13,940 nucleotides of DNA from Pseudobdellovibrionaceae bacterium (GTDB lineage Bacteria; Bdellovibrionota; Bdellovibrionia; Bdellovibrionales; Bdellovibrionaceae). The stretch's first letter is position 1; each line of letters starts with the position of its first letter. Below the pieces are notes generated by a model. That model had not been told where the DNA came from, made no database searches, and worked only from the letters and a program-made list of their open reading frames with translations. Both the position numbers and the translations under genes were made by a program. Location: assembly GCA_044359815.1 (NCBI GenBank), contig JBIKLL010000072.1, forward strand, positions 1 through 13,940. Direction: 5' to 3'. Below are positions 6,569 through 13,940 of the stretch, one piece after another.

Positions 6569-7708
6569 TTAGTCGTGCAGAGGGCTAAGAATTTCAAAGC
6601 TCAGATCACCTTCCTCAGGAAGATCTTTTAGCAATTTCTGTCCCAAAATTTTATCATAATAAATTGGAGACATTCCATCAGCAGGAGATTTCAAACACAA
6701 ATCAGAATCTTGAAGGACATGACCAGCCTTTAGATTTTTGGCAGCCACCAGCTTTTTACCCATTTTTAACAATGGAGACTTTTCTCCAGGATAAGTGTCT
6801 TTCACGCCATTACCCAAAGCCACTCTGACTCGTTCAAGGTCTCTGACCATTTTCTTTAACCCGACTGGCTCTAATGAAAATGCGTGGTCCGTACCTCGCC
6901 AAGCTCTGTTGATTGTAAAATGTTTTTCAACAACTCTTGCTCCTAATACATAGGCGCCCACTGCCATGGCGATACCGTTGTCATGAGCCGACAAACCAAT
7001 CACTACTTCAGGAAATTTTTCTCTAAAAGTTTTGATAACATTTAAATTTAATTCTTCGTAACTGGCGGGATAGCTGGCAGTACATTGCAAAATAGCTAAC
7101 TGTTGATTGATTGGATAGATGGTTTCAAAAGCTCTTACCACGTCTTCCAAGGTTCCGCCCCCAGTTGAAATGATCATTGGCTTTCCTTTTTTAGCCACGT
7201 GTCTCAGCAAAGGAATGGATTTCAAATCACCCGATGCCATCTTGTAAGCTGGCACTCCCAACTTATCCAAAAAATCTGCGCTTTCTACGTCAAAAGCTGT
7301 GGAAAAAAAGTCCATATCCAATTTCTCAGCGTAGGTTTTAAGTTCTACATATTGTTCCCAACCAAACTCCAACGCATCCCTATGAGATCCATAGGTTGGA
7401 CCATAAGCATTTTCACTGGTGTATGGCTGATCATACATTGCCTTTGTGTACATAGTTTTATTATTGCGTTTTTGCAGTTTAACAGCTTGTGCACCAGCTT
7501 CTTTGGCTGCATCAAACAACTGCTTACAAACTTGCACATCACCTTTGTGATTGTGTCCGATTTCAGCAATCACATAACAAGGGCTTTGATCGTTGATGAC
7601 ATGCTTTCCGATTTTCATTTCTCTTTTTTTAGATGTCGCTGAATTCATTTCTGATTTTCCTGTTTTAAATTGGTTTTTATTCATATTAATAGATTCAGTA
7701 GATTCCAT
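6569..7708 (-). CDS. neuB: NeuB/SpsE-family PEP-dependent ulosonic acid synthase with C-terminal SAF/antifreeze-like domain
   Basis: IAEIGHNHKG, KLQKR, YKMASGD, ISTGG, QCTASYP, GLSAHD, EKHFT, GTDHAFSLEP, SAF-like tail (KKLVAAKNLKAG...KSPADG). SD-like AGGGGG 6 nt upstream of ATG 7708; an alternative start at 7648 is possible. Confidence 0.93.
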   Translation of the reverse strand: MESTESINMNKNQFKTGKSEMNSATSKKREMKIGKHVINDQSPCYVIAEIGHNHKGDVQVCKQLFDAAKEAGAQAVKLQKRNNKTMYTKAMYDQPYTSENAYGPTYGSHRDALEFGWEQYVELKTYAEKLDMDFFSTAFDVESADFLDKLGVPAYKMASGDLKSIPLLRHVAKKGKPMIISTGGGTLEDVVRAFETIYPINQQLAILQCTASYPASYEELNLNVIKTFREKFPEVVIGLSAHDNGIAMAVGAYVLGARVVEKHFTINRAWRGTDHAFSLEPVGLKKMVRDLERVRVALGNGVKDTYPGEKSPLLKMGKKLVAAKNLKAGHVLQDSDLCLKSPADGMSPIYYDKILGQKLLKDLPEEGDLSFEILSPLHD

Positions 7709-7742
7709 AAAGTTCCCCCTGCCTGGTTTTGACGAGCTTTCA

Positions 7743-7772
7743 ACGCTAGCATTAACATATGACGCAAGTCAA
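7743..7772 (-). promoter_or_regulatory. Putative sigma70-type promoter for the neuB module
   Basis: Minus strand TTGACT (7772-7767), 18 nt spacer, TAGCGT (7748-7743) preceded by TGn (extended -10). It lies in the only sizeable gap (79 bp) of the minus-strand gene run. Confidence 0.5.
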
Positions 7773-7787
7773 ATTTAGTCCCTCAAG

Positions 7788-8915
7788 CTAACGGTTTGCA
7801 TTACTTTGTCCAAACCCACCTTTACCGCTCCAGTCTTGCAGAAGCTGTTGCACAAAAACTTCCGAACCATTGCTGCCTGCCAAAGTTTTCTGACAAAATT
7901 CAGCGGCCAAATCTTGGAAAGCCTTTGAGCTTTTTTTCCAGTTGTTAAGAGCGCTTACCCAATCCTGAGGACTGGTTGCTAAACACAAAGGTTTGTATAA
8001 ACTCAAATCCAAATCTGTATTGATCACCACCACTGGCTTTCCGATCACAGAAGCATCCAAAGCAATAGTTGACGGGCAAGTGTAAACTAAATCTAAGCCC
8101 TTTATAAATTCGCTGGTGAAAATGCCTTTCCACTGAGTCAATTCATTATCCACGATTTCAAATCGCGTATGAAAATGCTTTTGCAAATCCTGAAAGCGAT
8201 TTTTAAAAAGCTTGCTATAGTGTGGTTTTAAATACACTTTTATCGAAACATCGGACCTAAGCAGCAATTCAATTCCTTTAAGGAACTGAGCTCGATAGTT
8301 TTCGTCATACCTGTGCCAATGCAAATTCTCAAAAACTCCGATTTTGAATCCTTGCCAATCAGAATCAAATTTTTGTGGGCTCTGGAAGCTTCCTATTTTG
8401 GGGTATCCAGCCGATATCATTTTCTGGCGCTCCGCAAGATCTAGCCACGAACTCAGACTGCTTGGCTTTCCCCATATCAACACCTTGTCGGAAGCGAACT
8501 TTACATTCTCGCTCAAGCTGTCTTTATAGTTGATTCCCACATTTTCAAAACCGTGTTGCCAAGTGTAGGATCTGATCCCAGAAACTCTAGCTTTTTTTGT
8601 TATTCGATGCCCTAAATTATGAGCGGCCAGATTGGTTTCAACCGCCGTTACCAAAAAATCAATTCCCTTTAATGCTGGCCATGGAATCCCCATCCGCCCC
8701 CTGATTCTGGATAGCCAAAAGGGATTCCAATCTATCAAATAAAAAATCCCCAATTCTTTCAGCCGATTTATAGAATCCGGAATCTTTAAATGAATTCCTT
8801 CCGCCAAAAAAACTTTGATCGGAATATTCTGTTTTTTACATTCAATCATTGAGCCTATTAAAATCTCAAAATCAGTGGGCATATACAGATAAAACCCAAC
8901 CACTGGCAGCTTCAT
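7788..8915 (-). CDS. Hypothetical protein, probable GT-B-fold glycosyltransferase
   Basis: 375 aa; TWQHG, VLIWG, AGYPK, LKPHY and STIALDASVIGKPVV motifs resemble GT-B/capsule-synthesis proteins; translationally coupled to the upstream methyltransferase (TAATG at 8917-8913). Confidence 0.55.
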   Translation of the reverse strand: MKLPVVGFYLYMPTDFEILIGSMIECKKQNIPIKVFLAEGIHLKIPDSINRLKELGIFYLIDWNPFWLSRIRGRMGIPWPALKGIDFLVTAVETNLAAHNLGHRITKKARVSGIRSYTWQHGFENVGINYKDSLSENVKFASDKVLIWGKPSSLSSWLDLAERQKMISAGYPKIGSFQSPQKFDSDWQGFKIGVFENLHWHRYDENYRAQFLKGIELLLRSDVSIKVYLKPHYSKLFKNRFQDLQKHFHTRFEIVDNELTQWKGIFTSEFIKGLDLVYTCPSTIALDASVIGKPVVVINTDLDLSLYKPLCLATSPQDWVSALNNWKKSSKAFQDLAAEFCQKTLAGSNGSEVFVQQLLQDWSGKGGFGQSNANR

Positions 8916-9598
8916 TAACTTTTAGATCCCACAACAAACACGGCCACACCCAACAGATCCCATAATCCAGCAGCCATAATTCGCCTTTTGATGGGCAACG
9001 AATAAACCAAATTATAAATAATTGCTGGCACTGACAGCAAAAGGATGCGTTTTACATCCCTGCGCGTGCCCTTTCTGTGAATGATCACGCCATTTTGTGA
9101 AAGTGTCTCGGCAATTTCGTTATATGGATAAGGCTGAGTGTGCGTGGGGTCGTCTTTGAAATTCAAAAACCCATCTGCCGATGGGTATTTTAGCGTTCTC
9201 TCCGAAGGTGTTTCAACATAGATAACACCTCCTTTTTGCAGCTTTTTGGCCAACTCTGCTAAAATCTTGTGACCATTCCACAGATGCTCAATCACGTGGC
9301 TAAAAATGATCACATCAAAAAAATTATCAGGGACTTTTGACAGCCCCTCTTTGTCTAAATCTATTTTATAAAACTGGTCTATGCCCTTATAATCATTTTG
9401 TTGGCCGTGCCAAAATTCACGATCGACACCATGATATTCTTTTACATTTAACCATTGTTTAGTAGTTTCAAATGAAGCATTGCCACACCCTACATCCAAA
9501 ACCATCAGTGGCTTGTTGGCCGCAAATTTTTTTACCCAATATAACTTGGGAGGTATTAAAAGTCGCTTTATCCATTTTGCCAAATTTCTTAAAACCAT
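8915..9598 (-). CDS. Class I SAM-dependent methyltransferase
   Basis: VLDVGCG motif I, GVD, FDVIIFSHVIEH, LQKGGVIYVETP, DPTH. Confidence 0.9.
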   Translation of the reverse strand: MVLRNLAKWIKRLLIPPKLYWVKKFAANKPLMVLDVGCGNASFETTKQWLNVKEYHGVDREFWHGQQNDYKGIDQFYKIDLDKEGLSKVPDNFFDVIIFSHVIEHLWNGHKILAELAKKLQKGGVIYVETPSERTLKYPSADGFLNFKDDPTHTQPYPYNEIAETLSQNGVIIHRKGTRRDVKRILLLSVPAIIYNLVYSLPIKRRIMAAGLWDLLGVAVFVVGSKS

Positions 9599-9601
9599 CT
9601 T

Positions 9602-10441
9602 TCACACTCCGAAATACAAAGAATAGCATTTTTCAGCCGAATCTTTTCTGAACTGAAAATGCTTATACGAGAAAATATTTGCCCAAGTTCCAATTGCCCC
9701 ATGTTGATAATGCTTCACTGTTATTGATGGCATGTAAACCACTTTTAGTTGCAGCTTCTTGCAATTTTCAGCCACCGTGAATTCTTCTCCAAATAAAAAA
9801 CAGGGGTGCTCAAATGTCCCGCCTCCCTCAAAATAGGAATCACTAAAAACCATCAAGCTTCCATGGGGCGCATAAATGTCGCTTTGAATCGCAGGATTAC
9901 CTGAAGCTCTTCCGAAAAAACCGAATAATCTGTATTTTATTTCAGCCAATAACTGATAAATCACAGCCGTGAAATAGTTCGAAAAAGCCTTTTTCCAAAT
10001 TTTGATTTTTTCAATTCTGGGAGAATCTTTCATAAAGGGATTCATATCACTGCCAGACACTGACGAAACTATCCGTGGCGCCAGGCAACCCCAGCCTCTG
10101 ATTTTTTGTTCGTTAAAAATCAAACTGTAAAAATCTTTGTTCAAAATTTCTAAATCGGTATTAGAAACAATGGTCATTTTTTTGATCTTCAATTGCGATC
10201 TGGCCCACTCAGCGCCACCAAAATACCCTCGATTTTCAGGGCAATTCAGAACAACCAATCTGCCAGAAGATTTTTTTACCAATTCAGTAAAATTATCCTC
10301 TTCGGTTTTTTTGGCGCTGTTATTTACCAAAACCCAACTGACTGAATCCGCATCAGGCAAATCAAACAGGCTCTGCAGAAAATCTGAAGTTTGTTTGTCA
10401 TTGTGATAGTTAACGCAAATATGCACGAGCTTTTGATTCAT
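9602..10441 (-). CDS. Glycosyltransferase family 2 (GT-A fold)
   Basis: ICVNYH, LVNNS, ENRGYFGG, SNTD (DxD-equivalent), HGSLMVF, FLFGEE, VKH; 279 aa. Confidence 0.85.
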   Translation of the reverse strand: MNQKLVHICVNYHNDKQTSDFLQSLFDLPDADSVSWVLVNNSAKKTEEDNFTELVKKSSGRLVVLNCPENRGYFGGAEWARSQLKIKKMTIVSNTDLEILNKDFYSLIFNEQKIRGWGCLAPRIVSSVSGSDMNPFMKDSPRIEKIKIWKKAFSNYFTAVIYQLLAEIKYRLFGFFGRASGNPAIQSDIYAPHGSLMVFSDSYFEGGGTFEHPCFLFGEEFTVAENCKKLQLKVVYMPSITVKHYQHGAIGTWANIFSYKHFQFRKDSAEKCYSLYFGV

Positions 10442-10477
10442 TGTCCTTTTCGTCCGTATTTGATTAAATAGGCCACC

Positions 10478-11752
10478 ATGTTTAAAAGTGCAATCTTACA
10501 AAATAGTGGTTGGAATATTCTGGGAAACTTAATGCCGTTTGTCGTCGGTATTTTTACAATCCCACGAATCATCCACGGCATCGGGATTGAACGCTTTGGG
10601 ATTTTATCAGTAATTTGGATTTTGCTAGGATATTTTGCATTGTTCGACTTTGGCCTGAGCCGATTTGTGACGATCAACAGTGCTTTGGCAATTTCTGAAA
10701 AAAACCGACAGAATATTTCAAAAATTTTTTGGAGCGCTTTCCTGGCTGTGGCTTTGGCTATGTTTATTGTTTCTTCGTTGATGATGGGTTTGTCTTACAC
10801 GGATTTTTTCTCTAAATTTCAAGTCACAGATCAGTTTAGAGCCGAAGCCCTCGAGTCCACTCGCTGGATGATATTGACAATTCCAGCTGTGATTTTGACC
10901 ACATTATTCAGAAGCCTGCTTGAATCAGATTCACTGTTTAAAGAAATCAATGCTCTGCAACTGGTTGCCGGAACTTACAATTACCTTTCACCTATGCTGG
11001 CCTTACATACTGAACAGCCTTTATTAACCACGGTGAAACTGTTGGTGTTGGGACGTTTTCTGATTTGCTTGGCTCACGGATTGTGGTGTTTGGTGTTTTT
11101 TCCTGAGATCAAAAAAATCGATCACTATTCAAAGGCAGAATACAAAAAAATGCTGACCTATGGTGGATGGATGACCATTTCAAACGTGATTAACCCTATC
11201 ATGGTGTATATTGACAGGTTGTTTTTGGGTTTGTTTTTAGAAGCTTCAAAAATTGCTTACTACACTGTGCCCACTGAAATACTTAATCGATCTTTAATAG
11301 TCCCTCAGAGCATTGCACGAGCGGCGTTTCCTCAGATGAGTGTTCAGAAAGCTGGCGAAGCCTACCAAAGCAGACCCCATCGCGAAGCCTACAAATTGAC
11401 AATAATCACGATGCTGCCTTTTTGCATTTTGGCATTTTTATTGGGTAAATTCGGATTGAATTTTTGGGTGGGCGAAGCGTTCACCCAGCAGAGTATTTTG
11501 AATTTTCAAATCCTTACAGTTGGGGTTATTTTTGCCAGCTTGGCTGGAATTCCCTATATGTTTATCCAATCGCGTGGCCGCTCAGATGTGGCAGCAAAAC
11601 TGCACATGCTTCAGTTTCCCATTTATCTTTGCGCTCTTTATTTTATGGTTTCCTATTTTGGCGCCACAGGGGCCGCAATTTGTTGGTCCGTGCGTTGGTT
11701 TTTGGATTTTGTCTTAATGGAATTTGCAGCCAAAAGGATTCAGCACTCATGA
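10478..11752 (+). CDS. wzx: Polysaccharide flippase (Wzx, MOP/PST family)
   Basis: 424 aa, highly hydrophobic with many predicted TM segments; NSGWNILG...P...GIERFG, FDFGLSR, IDRLFLG, IAYYTVP, GATGAAICW pattern typical of Wzx. Confidence 0.9.
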   Translation: MFKSAILQNSGWNILGNLMPFVVGIFTIPRIIHGIGIERFGILSVIWILLGYFALFDFGLSRFVTINSALAISEKNRQNISKIFWSAFLAVALAMFIVSSLMMGLSYTDFFSKFQVTDQFRAEALESTRWMILTIPAVILTTLFRSLLESDSLFKEINALQLVAGTYNYLSPMLALHTEQPLLTTVKLLVLGRFLICLAHGLWCLVFFPEIKKIDHYSKAEYKKMLTYGGWMTISNVINPIMVYIDRLFLGLFLEASKIAYYTVPTEILNRSLIVPQSIARAAFPQMSVQKAGEAYQSRPHREAYKLTIITMLPFCILAFLLGKFGLNFWVGEAFTQQSILNFQILTVGVIFASLAGIPYMFIQSRGRSDVAAKLHMLQFPIYLCALYFMVSYFGATGAAICWSVRWFLDFVLMEFAAKRIQHS

Positions 11753-12492
11753 CATCTGATGATCTGGTCAGCGTAGTGATTCCCATTTACAATTCACAGG
11801 AAACCATTAAGGAAACCCTACAATCATTAATTAACCAAACACACAAAAACTGGGAAGCCTTGGTCGTATTTGACCAGGGAACCACTGATGATTCTTTAAA
11901 AATTGCGAAGTCTTTTAATGATCCCAGGATTGTGATTTTAAACTCGATGGGAAAAAGCCTTGCTGCTGCCAGAAACCTGGCCCTTTTGCGAGCACAGGGA
12001 AATTGGATCACTTTTTTAGACAGCGATGATTTATGGAAACCTCAAAAACTGCAAATTCAGTTACAGATGATGAAAGACCATAATTGGGATTTTTCAGTCA
12101 CAGGTTTTAGTCGAATCAATCAGCAAAGTCGGATTATTTCAGCCGTCAGTATGCCCAAAGCAAAAACAGATTATTGGGATTTACTCAAAAACAATTCGAT
12201 TTCCTGTTTGACGGTGATGATCAGTCGTAAGGCTTTGGGGCAAAGTCAGTTCGCAGATTCTCATCAAGAGGATTTTATTATGTGGCTTGAGATTTTAAAA
12301 AAAGGTTTCACCTGCCAGGGAATTATGCAGGAACTTGCACTTTACCGAGTCCTTCCTAACAGTCGATCTTCTCGCGTCAACAGGCCATTGAATCGCTGGA
12401 AGATCATGAGACAGCGGGAAAAGCTTTCCTTCCCATTAGCTCTATATTATTGGTTAACTTATGTTTTTAGCGCCGTTGCAAAAAGGATGTGA
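11749..12492 (+). CDS. Glycosyltransferase family 2 (TuaG-like)
   Basis: The likely start is ATG 11749 overlapping the wzx stop (ATGA), giving 247 aa; LVSVVIPIYNS, AAARN, FLDSDDLW, QEDFIMWL, YR. The ORF track extension to 11464 lies inside wzx. Confidence 0.9.
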   Translation: MTSDDLVSVVIPIYNSQETIKETLQSLINQTHKNWEALVVFDQGTTDDSLKIAKSFNDPRIVILNSMGKSLAAARNLALLRAQGNWITFLDSDDLWKPQKLQIQLQMMKDHNWDFSVTGFSRINQQSRIISAVSMPKAKTDYWDLLKNNSISCLTVMISRKALGQSQFADSHQEDFIMWLEILKKGFTCQGIMQELALYRVLPNSRSSRVNRPLNRWKIMRQREKLSFPLALYYWLTYVFSAVAKRM

Positions 12493-12494
12493 TC

Positions 12495-13472
12495 ATGTTG
12501 ATTGCTAAAGCTCCATTAAGAATTTCGATTGGCGGAGGCGGCACAGACCTACCCTCTTATTATTCAAAATTTGGGTCCTGCTTTATCAGTGCTGCCATCA
12601 ATAAATATGTTTACATTGCTGTTCACAAAAATTTTCGGGATGAATTTTTACTGCGTTATTCTGAAACTGAAAAAACAAATACCATCGAACAGATCAAACA
12701 CCCACTGATCCGCGAATGCTTGAAAAAAGCCCAAATCAAAAATCATTTAGAAATTTCCAGTTTCGCAGACATCCCTGCTGGAACTGGATTAGGATCATCC
12801 GGAACTTTTACTGTGGCTTTACTAAAAGCCTTATACACCTATGGATCAATTCCGCACACGGCATTGAGTGTGGCTGAAGATGCCTGTCATATCGAAATTG
12901 AAAAACTGCAATCCCCCGTTGGAAAGCAGGATCAATATATTGCCGCTACTGGGGGCATCACACGATTTAAAATCGAACCTAACGGCCTTGTCCATGCAGA
13001 ACCTTTAGCGATGGCCCAATCCACCATTCATGAACTGCAGGATTCATTGTCACTGTATTTCACTGGTTTTTTCAGATCTTCATCAGAGGTTTTGTCAGAG
13101 CAAAAATCAAAATCGGAAAATCCTGAAATGATAGACAATCTGCACTTTGTAAAAGAACTGGGTGACCAAATTGGCAAAGCTCTTGAAAAGGGTCAGATCG
13201 AAGAATTTGGAAAGCTCATGCACACTCATTGGGAACACAAAAAAAAGCGATCAAACAAAACCTCAAATGACGAAATTGATGGATACTATGAGTTAGCGCG
13301 CAAAAACGGAGCCCTTGGCGGCAAAGTTATCGGTGCAGGAGGCGGCGGCTTTTTATTACTACTCAGTGAAAACCGCAAAAAACTGAGGGATTCATTAAGG
13401 GGAACTAATCTGCAAGAAGTTCCCTTTTCTTTTGATTATTTGGGAACTCAAGTCATGTTGAGGGAAAGCTAA
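12495..13472 (+). CDS. hddA: GHMP-family sugar kinase, D-glycero-alpha-D-manno-heptose-7-phosphate kinase-like
   Basis: APLRISIGGGGTD, PAGTGLGSSG, VGKQDQY, GGKVIGAGGGGF. ATG 12495 has AAGGA 7 nt upstream (alternative GTG 12489). Confidence 0.85.
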   Translation: MLIAKAPLRISIGGGGTDLPSYYSKFGSCFISAAINKYVYIAVHKNFRDEFLLRYSETEKTNTIEQIKHPLIRECLKKAQIKNHLEISSFADIPAGTGLGSSGTFTVALLKALYTYGSIPHTALSVAEDACHIEIEKLQSPVGKQDQYIAATGGITRFKIEPNGLVHAEPLAMAQSTIHELQDSLSLYFTGFFRSSSEVLSEQKSKSENPEMIDNLHFVKELGDQIGKALEKGQIEEFGKLMHTHWEHKKKRSNKTSNDEIDGYYELARKNGALGGKVIGAGGGGFLLLLSENRKKLRDSLRGTNLQEVPFSFDYLGTQVMLRES

Positions 13473-13940
13473 TGGCAAAATTTGTTGTAACCGGAGGGGC
13501 TGGTTTTATTGGCAGTCATTTTGTCGACACAGCCTTAGCAAAGGGCCACTCAGTTTTGTGTTTGGATAATTTCAGTACTGGCAAAAAGTTTTTTCTTGAA
13601 GCAGCATTACAGAATAAAAATTTTAAATTGGTTGAACTGGACATCACTCATTTCGACAATTTATCTAAGGCTGTTTCTGATTTTAAGCCAGACTGGGTGA
13701 TACACTTTAGTGCGAACGCTGATGTCAGAAGGGGTACAGATCACCCCCGTAAAGACCTGGATCAAAACACCATCGGCACATGGAATGTCATTGAATCCAG
13801 CAGATTATCAGGATGTAAAAATATTCTTTTCAGCTCAACAGGTTCTGTTTATGGGGAACCAGAAGTTTTTCCAACTCCTGAATCCTGTCCTTTTCCAGTA
13901 CAAACATCTTTGTATGGGGCCAGCAAATTGGCGGGTGAAG
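13472..13940 (+). CDS. NAD-dependent nucleotide-sugar epimerase/dehydratase (extended SDR), truncated by the window end
   Basis: Not in the ORF track. ATG 13472 overlaps the TAA of the kinase; translates MAKFVVTGGAGFIGSH...LDNFSTG...HFSANADVR...FSSTGSVYG...SLYGASKLAGE (GxxGxxG and YxxxK), open to the end of the window. Confidence 0.92.
   Translation, partial: MAKFVVTGGAGFIGSHFVDTALAKGHSVLCLDNFSTGKKFFLEAALQNKNFKLVELDITHFDNLSKAVSDFKPDWVIHFSANADVRRGTDHPRKDLDQNTIGTWNVIESSRLSGCKNILFSSTGSVYGEPEVFPTPESCPFPVQTSLYGASKLAGE

Noticed and set aside
7199..7642. 147-aa plus-strand ORF and other short shadow ORFs (447-659, 2955-3197, 3684-4012, 4480-4704, 5068-5388, 7345-7778, 7945-8133, 8344-8529, 10137-10677, 11520-12011)
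   Set aside because: All are antisense or out-of-frame overlaps of well-supported genes and carry no motifs.
240..7708. Standard Neu5Ac/legionaminic/pseudaminic acid pathway
   Set aside because: No neuC/legG/pseG, aminotransferase or acyltransferase in the window, and the NeuB/NeuA motifs deviate. It cannot be fully excluded if those genes lie elsewhere in the genome.
10472..10480. Perfect Kozak-like GCCACCATG at the wzx start
   Set aside because: Probably coincidental: the operonic, intronless, SD-led gene organisation is bacterial and there is no sign of a synthetic construct.
11464..11748. 95-aa N-terminal extension of the GT2 in the ORF track
   Set aside because: It lies inside wzx; the GT2 domain begins right after ATG 11749, which overlaps the wzx stop.

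Overview
Bacterial cell-surface glycan (O-antigen/capsule/EPS-type) biosynthesis locus with two divergent, tightly packed gene runs. Minus strand (10441->240): GT2 glycosyltransferase, SAM methyltransferase, orphan GT-B-like protein, then an apparently separately promoted six-gene module: NeuB-family ulosonate synthase, SDR, aldehyde dehydrogenase, single-chain transketolase-like ThDP enzyme, NeuA-family CMP-transferase and a second orphan GT-B-like protein. Plus strand (10478->end): Wzx flippase, GT2, HddA-like GHMP sugar kinase and a truncated NAD-dependent epimerase/dehydratase. The main signal is the NeuB-SDR-ALDH-transketolase-NeuA-transferase module. It has no NeuC, aminotransferase or acetyltransferase within the window. 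By manual motif alignment its transketolase has lost the canonical phosphate-binding and acceptor-stereospecificity residues, and its NeuA has altered active-site motifs. I infer a non-canonical CMP-ulosonic acid pathway, possibly side-chain trimming to a dicarboxylic 3-deoxy-heptulosaric acid (Dha-like) sugar. This is a hypothesis; no database searches were run. No RNA genes, mobile elements or CRISPR arrays were recognised.
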